A stretch of DNA of 40,079 bases from Candidatus Peregrinibacteria bacterium CG10_big_fil_rev_8_21_14_0_10_42_8 (GTDB lineage: Bacteria > Patescibacteriota > Gracilibacteria > Peribacterales > Peribacteraceae). Both the position numbers and the translations under genes were made by a program. A model generated the notes under the pieces. That model did not search any database, was not told the DNA's origin, and worked only from the letters and a program-made list of their open reading frames with translations. Positions 27,498 to 35,138 of the stretch are shown piece by piece (the first letter of the stretch is position 1; each line of letters starts with the position of its first letter). The stretch covers positions 1 through 40,079 of the forward strand of contig PFDQ01000041.1 in the NCBI GenBank assembly GCA_002772815.1. The letters are read 5' to 3'.

Positions 27498-30194
27498 CTA
27501 ACCGAGGCTCTCAAGCCTCTCAAGAACCTTTTGAAGCTTCTCTTTAGCAGTCGTAAGCTTCTCTCTTTCAAGAGCCACTACCTCTTCTGCTGCATTCTCT
27601 ACAAACTTCTCATTACCAAGCTTTGCGTTAATACCTTTGAGAAATCCTTCGAGCTTTGCCTTTTCTCCAGTAAGCTTTTCAATCTCTTTCTCTTTATCAA
27701 TAAGTCCATCAAGCGGCATGTGAATCTCAACGTCCTTCAAGAATACAGATGCTGCATTCTCAGGCTTCACTAGATCTGGATTTGTATTAATCGTTAAACT
27801 TTCTACTCTAGCAATACTCTTAATATGCGCATGTTGAACTTCAAGCAATTCACCATGAGACTTTGTAACCAAAATAATGTCTACCTTTGTAGCAGGTTCA
27901 ATTCCTTGGTCGCTACGCAGACTTCGAATCGAAGAAATAACATCAATCAATATCTGCAAATCATCCTGAGCATCTTGATCATTTAAACTTGCATCAACCT
28001 CAGGCCACGATTGTTTTATAAGCATTCCAGCATCTGTAGGCTTTATGCTATCCCACAACTCCTCTGTGACAAATGGACAGTAAGGATGAAGGAGTGTGAC
28101 AAGTGTACGAAGCACGTGAATAAGTACTGCAGGGTTTGCCTCGCCTTTGGAGAGTTCTAGGTACCAGTCACAGAAGAAATCCCATGTGAAGCTGTAGAGC
28201 CGCTCTCCTGTGTCACTGAGACGATACTCTGTAAGCCCATCCGTAACATCTATTATCAAATATTGAAGCGCACTCAGTAGTGCCTTGTCTGCAAGTGATA
28301 ATTCCTCATTCACATTAATAGCACTATGTGGATCAAACTTTGCGTCCTCGCACTGCATCAGCACAAAACGAGATGCATTCCACAGCTTATTTATGAAGTT
28401 TCTATACCCTGCGATTTTTTCCTCAAACAGCTTCTGGTCGTTTCCTGGGCTTTGTCCAACAATCATCGACATACGAAGAGCATCTGCACCGTACGTTGGG
28501 ATAATATCCAATGGGTCGATCATTGTTTCTGGCTTACTTTTACTCATTTTTTGACCATCACGTGCGCGAACCATTCCATGGAGGTACACCTTCTCAAAAG
28601 GAATCTCTCCTGTTGCGTATGTTGTCATGAGGATCATACGTGCAACCCAAAAGAAGATGATATCATACCCTGTTTCCATCACCTGTGTCGGGTGGAACTT
28701 CTGGAAGTCTGGGCTCTTCTCCAAGATTTCTTTAAGGGTCAGTGAATAATCTTCTGTAAGACGCGGGTCTACAAGCGTACTCCACGTCCAGAGTGCAGAA
28801 CTAAACCATGTATCGAGAGTATCTGGATCTTGTTCCCAACCCTCTCCTTCAGGCGGACGAACTCCAGCAAATTCTTCAGCTCCTTTGTACCAAATAGGGA
28901 TACGGTGTCCCCACCAGATCTGACGAGAGATACACCAGTCTCGAAGGTTATCAACCCAGCTGAAATATGTCTTTTCAAAGCGCTCTGGAATGATTTCAAT
29001 TTTTCCGCTACGAACAACCTCTTGCATTACCTGTTTCAAGCTCATCTTTTTTTGTTTTTCACCCTCCGTAGCCTTGGCGTAGGGGGGCCAGTTCACTGCT
29101 TCTTTATTAACGTTTATAAACCATTGAAGCTTGATCTGTGGCTCTATCATTCCTCCTCCACGACTATTAAGAGCAACTGAGTGCATGTACTGCTCATCTG
29201 TTTTGACGAGTAAACCTTTCTTATCGAGCTTCTCGACAATTTTTGCACGAGCATCCGCAATCTTCATTCCCTCAAACTCCCCTGCAATAGGAAGAAGTTT
29301 TCCATCGAAGTCTATGACCTGTTCTTTATCAAGTCCATGACGCTCTGCGATCTCGAAGTCGACTGTGCTATGCCATGGCGTAATAGTCATCACTCCTGTA
29401 CCCATTTCTGGATCAGCTGCCTCATCCTTAATAATCATTGCAGTAATTGGCCCATTGATCCACTCACAATCAAACGTATCGCCATGCTTGTACTGAGCGT
29501 AACGCTCATCATCCGGGTGCATAACAACGTACTTATCACCAAACTTTGTCTCTGGGCGTACTGTTCCAATTTCAAACGGGCCATACTGGAATGTATAGAA
29601 TGGATCTGTCTGATCTTTATGATCAACTTCATCATCAGACACATTCGTTTGAAGTTTCGGGTCCCAGTTCACGGTTCTATGCCCTCTATAAATAAGGTCA
29701 TCGGCAAACATCTTACAAAAGACTTCGTTCACACAACGGTTTAATGCCGAGTCCATTGTATAACGTTCGCGACTCCAGTCGCAGCTACTTCCCATCTTAC
29801 GGATTTGTCCTCGAATAGTATCTTGGCTTCCTGCGACAAATTCCTTGATAGCATCGACAAGTTTTTCTCGACCCATTTCTTCTCGCGGATCCTTCATCCC
29901 TTCTTTCTGAAGATTCTTAATGACCACATTTTCCGTTGCAATCGCTGCATGGTCTGTCCCTGGTACCCACAACGCTTCTTTTCCTTGCATACGTGCATAC
30001 CGAATAAAGATATCTTCAAGTGCAAGCATCACTGCGTGTCCAAGGTGAAGCTGCCCCGTTGCATTTGGCGGCGGCATACTAATGGTGAATGGTTCTTTAT
30101 CTGACGTGACATCTGCAATAAATGCACCGCTTTCTTCCCACATCTTGTAAATGCGGTCTTCTGTTCCCTGTGGATCGTAGGCTTTATCGAGCAT
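27498..30194 (-). CDS. valS: Valine--tRNA ligase
   Basis: PPPNATGQLHLGH, GTDHAAIAT, DWCISRQIWWGHRIP, KMSKS, C-terminal coiled coil. Confidence 0.98.
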   Translation of the reverse strand: MLDKAYDPQGTEDRIYKMWEESGAFIADVTSDKEPFTISMPPPNATGQLHLGHAVMLALEDIFIRYARMQGKEALWVPGTDHAAIATENVVIKNLQKEGMKDPREEMGREKLVDAIKEFVAGSQDTIRGQIRKMGSSCDWSRERYTMDSALNRCVNEVFCKMFADDLIYRGHRTVNWDPKLQTNVSDDEVDHKDQTDPFYTFQYGPFEIGTVRPETKFGDKYVVMHPDDERYAQYKHGDTFDCEWINGPITAMIIKDEAADPEMGTGVMTITPWHSTVDFEIAERHGLDKEQVIDFDGKLLPIAGEFEGMKIADARAKIVEKLDKKGLLVKTDEQYMHSVALNSRGGGMIEPQIKLQWFINVNKEAVNWPPYAKATEGEKQKKMSLKQVMQEVVRSGKIEIIPERFEKTYFSWVDNLRDWCISRQIWWGHRIPIWYKGAEEFAGVRPPEGEGWEQDPDTLDTWFSSALWTWSTLVDPRLTEDYSLTLKEILEKSPDFQKFHPTQVMETGYDIIFFWVARMILMTTYATGEIPFEKVYLHGMVRARDGQKMSKSKPETMIDPLDIIPTYGADALRMSMIVGQSPGNDQKLFEEKIAGYRNFINKLWNASRFVLMQCEDAKFDPHSAINVNEELSLADKALLSALQYLIIDVTDGLTEYRLSDTGERLYSFTWDFFCDWYLELSKGEANPAVLIHVLRTLVTLLHPYCPFVTEELWDSIKPTDAGMLIKQSWPEVDASLNDQDAQDDLQILIDVISSIRSLRSDQGIEPATKVDIILVTKSHGELLEVQHAHIKSIARVESLTINTNPDLVKPENAASVFLKDVEIHMPLDGLIDKEKEIEKLTGEKAKLEGFLKGINAKLGNEKFVENAAEEVVALEREKLTTAKEKLQKVLERLESLG
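29062..29087. repeat. In-frame palindromic element inside valS
   Basis: CCCTCC-GTA-GCC-TT-GGC-GTA-GGGGGG, encoding PPYAKATEG on the minus strand. Confidence 0.6.
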
Positions 30195-30269
30195 TCTAAA
30201 TAGATTGTAGCGTAGCGTTGCAAATTATGAATGTTGAATTTTGAATTAATTGCATCAAATATATGAAGT

Positions 30270-30350
30270 ACCCATTCGACTCGTCCGCAATGGCAGACTC
30301 TCTCAGGGTTATTTGTACTTCGACTCATTCCATTCGCTCTCGTACAAATA
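30270..30350. repeat. Two adjacent TTCGACTC-core palindromic repeat units
   Basis: ACCC-ATTCGACTC-GTCCGC.AATG.GCAGAC-TCTCTCA-GGGT and TATTTGTAC-TTCGACTC-ATTCCATTC-GCTCTC-GTACAAATA. Confidence 0.6.
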
Positions 30351-30376
30351 AAAAAACCGCCGGTAGAAGGCGGTTT
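30350..30376 (-). terminator. Intrinsic terminator
   Basis: Minus strand AAACCGCC-TTCTACC-GGCGG followed by T7. Confidence 0.7.
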
Positions 30377-30469
30377 CAAATGGTGTAAAGAGCGAATAGC
30401 TTTCGTAAAAAAGCCGCCAAAGATTACCGATAGGAGTATTCCATTGCAAGTAATTTATAGTACAAATGA

Positions 30470-30495
30470 GGCAGGGAGTCCGAAGACTCCCCGCC
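30470..30495 (-). terminator. cUUCGg-capped hairpin just after the 30508-30780 ORF
   Basis: Minus strand GGCGGGGAGTC-TTCG-GACTCCCTGCC, 11 bp with one G-U; the U tail is weak. Confidence 0.55.
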
Positions 30496-30507
30496 GACCT
30501 TCACAAG

Positions 30508-30780
30508 TCACTCGAATGTCCGGTCGCCGTAAGGGCGACTGTATTTGATGTCAGACTTTTCGGAGATAAACTCAAGAAAAGTTTGAAGATGTTTGCGATT
30601 TACAAATCGCAAAACCACTTCCTGAGCAGTATCAAACGTGTCAGGATCAATTGCTTCTCTGATGCTATTACGCACCATGTGAATGTACAGCCAGTTATAG
30701 GCCAAATCATTCATCAGTCGAAACACGTGATCCGACAAGTCAGTACGCACTTCAACAGCAGTCGCCATGGAAGAATCCAT
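30508..30780 (-). CDS. Small orphan protein
   Basis: 90 aa from ATG 30780 with GAGGA upstream; promoter-like TTGCTT-16-TATAGT with TGn (30873-30846); stable hairpin after the stop. Confidence 0.5.
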   Translation of the reverse strand: MDSSMATAVEVRTDLSDHVFRLMNDLAYNWLYIHMVRNSIREAIDPDTFDTAQEVVLRFVNRKHLQTFLEFISEKSDIKYSRPYGDRTFE

Positions 30781-30880
30781 TCTCTCAGTCCTCAAAAAAA
30801 GTGTGAAAGGTCAATCTGCACTACACAACATAGTGAGATATTATTACTATAACATCTACTCATGATAAAGCAATATCTAC

Positions 30881-30909
30881 CTTGCCATTTACTATCAGAG
30901 GTATACAAT
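30881..30909 (+). promoter_or_regulatory. Sigma70 promoter, leaderless configuration
   Basis: TTGCCA-17 nt-TACAAT; ATG 6 nt downstream. Confidence 0.7.
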
Positions 30910-30915
30910 CGAGAT

Positions 30916-31287
30916 ATGAAAGAAGCACGCCTTATTCACTATACAAGCCACATGGACAGGTTTATTGGCACAGCAAGAGATTACGACTACAAGGATCCTT
31001 TGCAAGCCATGGCAGGTGCAACACACGTTGTCACCTCTGGTTTTGGATTAGATCCAGCCATCCGCCAAGGGCTTGGTACTATCGATGGATCTGCAAAAGA
31101 AGGCGTAAAGCCATATAATGGACTCTTTGGCATGTATGGAAAAACAACAGAAAACACAGTAGGAACTGTTGGAAATCTACTCAGATTGCGATTTGGAGCA
31201 GCTATTGGTGGTCTTATCAATATCCCAGGAGATGCCATATCTGATACCGCAGATCTCTTAGCAGGAGTGCGTCATAACCAAAATTAA
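30916..31287 (+). CDS. Small Gly-rich hypothetical protein
   Basis: 123 aa from ATG 30916, chosen from promoter position; amphipathic Gly-rich C-terminus. Confidence 0.65.
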   Translation: MKEARLIHYTSHMDRFIGTARDYDYKDPLQAMAGATHVVTSGFGLDPAIRQGLGTIDGSAKEGVKPYNGLFGMYGKTTENTVGTVGNLLRLRFGAAIGGLINIPGDAISDTADLLAGVRHNQN

Positions 31288-31304
31288 GACTAAATACGCC
31301 TATA

Positions 31305-31333
31305 TTGCTAAAATACTCATTTTGTAGTATAAT
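31305..31333 (+). promoter_or_regulatory. Sigma70 promoter of the channel gene
   Basis: TTGCTA-17 nt-TATAAT; ATG 10 nt downstream. Confidence 0.7.
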
Positions 31334-31343
31334 AACTACACAA

Positions 31344-32216
31344 ATGAGTCTCATGAAAAACAAACAATCACACAGCTCAAACCTTGCGTTTGCCTTCATC
31401 GAATGGCTAACGGGGCTGTCGTATACAACACTCTTTACCATCTGGATGATTATGGCCCTCGGTTTTGGTGCTGCATACTTTGGTATGAGCTATGTAGGGG
31501 AAAGCTCCCACTCACCGACCGATCTTGCAGAGATTGCAGATCCGCTCTATAGGTTTGCCAATGCAATGTACTACAGCATTATTACAGCAACCTCTACAGG
31601 ATATGGTGACATTACCCCTCAAGGATTTTCAAAGTTGCTGGCAGCTGTGCAGAGCATCTCTGCCCTTTTGGTATTTGCGATCTTCGTAACAAAGCTTGTA
31701 TCACACCAGCAAGAACTTACCCTAACAGAAGTCCACAGGCTTACATTTGAAGATGTTTTTCATAACACACGTGAAGGTTTTTACATCTGTCGAAAAGACT
31801 TCGACCATGCTATTGCCCATGCAGAAAAACACGAAAATCTTGATATCGAACATTGGGAAAACATCGTCATTGCATACAGGCACTTACAAACTCTGTTTGA
31901 AGAAATACCAGACTTCTACGAAAACGATACTCACCGATACACGATCGATGTGAAACGTGAGCAGCTACTTGTCGAAAGTGCCCACCGAACACTCCACCGT
32001 ATTAATGTGATGCTCGATACATTTAGTACACACAACATCGACTGGGCAAACCACGAGCGAAGCATGAAAGAGCTACAAGAACTTGTCGATGTCATTACAG
32101 TTGTTACACCTCTTTGGGAAAAGCGAAGTCCCTACGATAATACACTTGAGTCATTTGCAGACATTCTACAAATGAAAGATCGTATGCACTTGAAGATTAT
32201 ACAAGCCATAGATTAA
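31344..32216 (+). CDS. 2-TM potassium channel with an unrecognised helical C-terminal domain
   Basis: TM helix, pore helix and filter YYSIITATSTGYGDITP, second TM helix; then about 170 aa of helical soluble tail. Confidence 0.9.
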   Translation: MSLMKNKQSHSSNLAFAFIEWLTGLSYTTLFTIWMIMALGFGAAYFGMSYVGESSHSPTDLAEIADPLYRFANAMYYSIITATSTGYGDITPQGFSKLLAAVQSISALLVFAIFVTKLVSHQQELTLTEVHRLTFEDVFHNTREGFYICRKDFDHAIAHAEKHENLDIEHWENIVIAYRHLQTLFEEIPDFYENDTHRYTIDVKREQLLVESAHRTLHRINVMLDTFSTHNIDWANHERSMKELQELVDVITVVTPLWEKRSPYDNTLESFADILQMKDRMHLKIIQAID

Positions 32217-32290
32217 ATTTCAAAAAAATACATATTTCGTAGAGACGTCACGCCGTGACGTCTCTACATGAAATGGTTTTTTGAAATTTA
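32214..32290. repeat. Nested inverted repeat with a GTAG REP-like core; likely bidirectional terminator
   Basis: Core GTAGAGACGTCACG-C-CGTGACGTCTCTAC (32239-67); outer arms TAAATTTCAAAAAA (32214-27) and TTTTTTGAAATTTA (32277-90). Confidence 0.85.
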
Positions 32291-34522
32291 TCGTCGTGGA
32301 GGCCCTCTTCGGTCACCTCCACTTCGTGGTGGACGAGGCCGGTCTGGTGCCATACCTTCTGGACGAGGAGTTGTCTGCTTGATAGAAAGACGAGTCTTTC
32401 CATCTGCTGCATTGTACTCAACACACTTTGCTTTTACCTCGTCTCCGACATTAACAATATCTTCAACGTGTTCGGTACGCTTCCACTGAAGTTCAGAGAT
32501 ATGAATCATACCGTCTTTACCCCCAAGGAACTCAGCGATTGCTCCAATACCATCGATAATACGAACGATCTTACAATCGTAAATTGTATCAACGACTGGC
32601 TTTGCAACAATGTTTTGAATTCGTGCAGATGCACCCGCCATAGACTCACCATCTGGAGCAGTAACGAATACTAGTCCACTATCATCGATATCAATATCAA
32701 CACCGAATTCTTTCGTGATTCCCTGGATAGTTTCTCCGCCCTTACCAATAACCAAACGAATATCATCTGGGTTAATGTTAATTGTTTCGATACGTGGAGC
32801 GTACTTGCTAAGCTCTTTTCGTACTTCAGGAATAGCTGAAAGCATTTCCTTGAGGATAGCTGCACGTCCAATTCTTGCCTTTTCAAGAGCTTCCTTAAAC
32901 ACATCGTCTGGAAGACCCTTTACTTTGATATCCATTTGAATAGCAGTAACACCTACTGATGTACCTGTAACCTTAAAGTCCATGTCGCCTCCGAAGTCTT
33001 CTTCATCTTGAAGGTCTGAAAGAACAACGAACTTTCCTGAAGGCTCAGACATTAGTCCCATCGCAATACCAGATACTGGAGAGCTAATCGGTACACCTGC
33101 AGCCATAAGGGCAAGTGTAGAACCACATGTAGCCGCCATAGAAGACGATCCATTACTTTCCAAAATTTCTGTCACTGTACGGATGGTGTATGGGAATACT
33201 TCCTCACTTGGAAGAACTGGTTCAAGAGCCTTTTGTGCCAAGTAACCATGTCCAATTTCACGGTTTCCAGTGAAGAGACGGTTTGATGTTTCTCCAACAG
33301 AGAATGGTGGGAAGTTGTAGTGATGGAAGTATCGGTCTTCCTTTTCACCCATCATTCCTTCTGTCATAAGCTTGTCCCCAGGTGAACCAAGAGTACATGT
33401 TGTAAGCCCTTGTGTTTCACCTCTCTGGAAAAGAGCTGAACCATGAACGCGTGCTGGGAGAATATCGACCATACATCCAACTGGACGAATCTCGTCTGGA
33501 GTACGTCCGCTCATGCGCTTTCCTTCTTCAAGAACCAAACGACGAACCTCACCTGTAACAACTTTGTTCATCAAATCTGATGCATTAGCGTAAAGCTCTG
33601 CAAGTTCTTCGTTGTCATCTGCTGGTCCGTATTTCTCTTCAAGAACAGCTGCAGCGTTATCTGCTAGTTCACCAAAGAACGCACGACGTGCAAGCTTATC
33701 TATAGGAGTAAGGATTGCCTTATTGATCTCTGCGAGTGCACTAGTCTTTAGTACTTCGAGAGCTTCTGGGTGCTCGAATACAGCAGGAGCTTCCCACTTT
33801 TCAGAACCAATTTCTTTCTGAATCTTTGCAAACTCAGTAGCAATCTTCTGGGCTGCTGCCTGACCAAACTGGATAGCCTCAAGCATCTTTGCTTCAGGAA
33901 CCTGATTCGCTTCTGCATCGATCATAATCACACGATCCTGTGTCGCAGTAACAATCATGTCCAATTCACATTTCTTTCGGTCTTCATGGCTTGGGTTTAG
34001 TACCAACTCTCCATCGAGAAGGCCAACACGTACTGTTCCAACAGGAGAATCTGAAGGACAATCTGAAAGTGCAACAGCTAAGCTCGCTGCATTTGCAGAA
34101 ACGATATCGTGCTCTGCAATGAAGTCGTAACTAAGCACTGTACAGAAAACTTGGATATCGTTATGAACCGTCTTTGGGAACATTGGACGAAGTCCGCGGT
34201 CGATAACACGAGCAGTAAGCACGAAGCTATCTGCAGGGCGGCCTTCACGCTTACGGAAACGACTACCTGCTACTTTACCAGCAGCGTAAAACTTCTCTTG
34301 GTATACAACCTGAAGAGGAAGAAACCCAACACCTGGGCGAGCTGTACGGCTTGTTGTGCAGTTAGCCATACATACAGTGTCGCCCAACTGGCCAACAACT
34401 GTAGCGTTTGCTTGCTGAGCAAGCATACCCGTCTTAAAGACGAATTTTTGACCGCCAACATCGACGGTATATTCCTTATTAGGAGCAATAGCACTATTGC
34501 CCTTTTTACCTAAACCTAACAT
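32288..34522 (-). CDS. pnp: Polyribonucleotide nucleotidyltransferase (PNPase)
   Basis: Two RNase PH domains (HGSALFQRGETQ, ESNGSSSMA, DFGGDMDFKVTG), KH (VIGKGGETI), S1 (DGMIHISEL). Confidence 0.98.
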   Translation of the reverse strand: MLGLGKKGNSAIAPNKEYTVDVGGQKFVFKTGMLAQQANATVVGQLGDTVCMANCTTSRTARPGVGFLPLQVVYQEKFYAAGKVAGSRFRKREGRPADSFVLTARVIDRGLRPMFPKTVHNDIQVFCTVLSYDFIAEHDIVSANAASLAVALSDCPSDSPVGTVRVGLLDGELVLNPSHEDRKKCELDMIVTATQDRVIMIDAEANQVPEAKMLEAIQFGQAAAQKIATEFAKIQKEIGSEKWEAPAVFEHPEALEVLKTSALAEINKAILTPIDKLARRAFFGELADNAAAVLEEKYGPADDNEELAELYANASDLMNKVVTGEVRRLVLEEGKRMSGRTPDEIRPVGCMVDILPARVHGSALFQRGETQGLTTCTLGSPGDKLMTEGMMGEKEDRYFHHYNFPPFSVGETSNRLFTGNREIGHGYLAQKALEPVLPSEEVFPYTIRTVTEILESNGSSSMAATCGSTLALMAAGVPISSPVSGIAMGLMSEPSGKFVVLSDLQDEEDFGGDMDFKVTGTSVGVTAIQMDIKVKGLPDDVFKEALEKARIGRAAILKEMLSAIPEVRKELSKYAPRIETININPDDIRLVIGKGGETIQGITKEFGVDIDIDDSGLVFVTAPDGESMAGASARIQNIVAKPVVDTIYDCKIVRIIDGIGAIAEFLGGKDGMIHISELQWKRTEHVEDIVNVGDEVKAKCVEYNAADGKTRLSIKQTTPRPEGMAPDRPRPPRSGGDRRGPPRR

Positions 34523-34551
34523 AGTAATTAAGAGAAAAAGATAGAATTATC

Positions 34552-34661
34552 TCTTTCCTCCAACGCTTTTCTATTACTGATTTGGATTCACATACGAAAC
34601 CTCAAGACATTAAGAATTCATACGTAAACCCAGCAAAGCAAAGCGGCGACGGAAGGAAAGA
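34552..34661 (-). promoter_or_regulatory. Long hairpin in the rpsO-pnp intergenic region (putative RNase III site)
   Basis: Minus-strand nested pairings TCTTTCCT/AGGAAAGA, CGCTTT/AAAGCG, TTGCTG/CAGTAA, ACGTATGAA/TTCGTATGT, CTTAA/TTGAG, several needing G-U on this strand. Confidence 0.65.
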
Positions 34662-34699
34662 TCTGGGAGTAGTATACCCTTATTCTTAGAGATACAAAC

Positions 34700-34969
34700 C
34701 TATTTCTTGAGCTTGTTTGCTTCAAGAACTTCCTGATAATCCTTAGGAAGGTTCATCTTTAGGTAATTAAGAAGCTTTCGACGACGTGCAACTTTACCGA
34801 GAAGACCTTTACGAGCAGAGAAATCACCCTTGTGCTCCTGAAGGTGTGTTGTCAGAAGTGTAATTTCCTTTGAAAGGATAGCGATTTGAACATTTGGAGA
34901 ACCAGTATCTTTCTTGTGAGTCTGGTGCTTCGTGATGAGTTTCTTCTTAGAAGATCGGGCGATAGACAT
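34700..34969 (-). CDS. rpsO: 30S ribosomal protein S15
   Basis: HKKDTGSPNVQIAILS, HLQEHKGDFSARKGLL, RRRKLLNYL; 89 aa from ATG 34969. Confidence 0.97.
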   Translation of the reverse strand: MSIARSSKKKLITKHQTHKKDTGSPNVQIAILSKEITLLTTHLQEHKGDFSARKGLLGKVARRRKLLNYLKMNLPKDYQEVLEANKLKK

Positions 34970-35138
34970 AGGAGTAATATTGTTACAAACAAAAGAGGTT
35001 TGAGCCGCGCCAGCTAGGGCAAGAGCGCCAAAGCGAGCGAGAACAGAGTTATTATAAGAAAAACACGATTTAGTGCAAGAAAATGGATCATATTTACAGG
35101 TGGACAGGCGTTCACCGCATGATACAATGCCCCTTACT

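Noticed and set aside
30195-30470. T-box riboswitch upstream of valS
   Set aside because: A terminator is present, but there is no T-box TGGNACC motif before it, and valS has its own -10 element 9 nt from the ATG.
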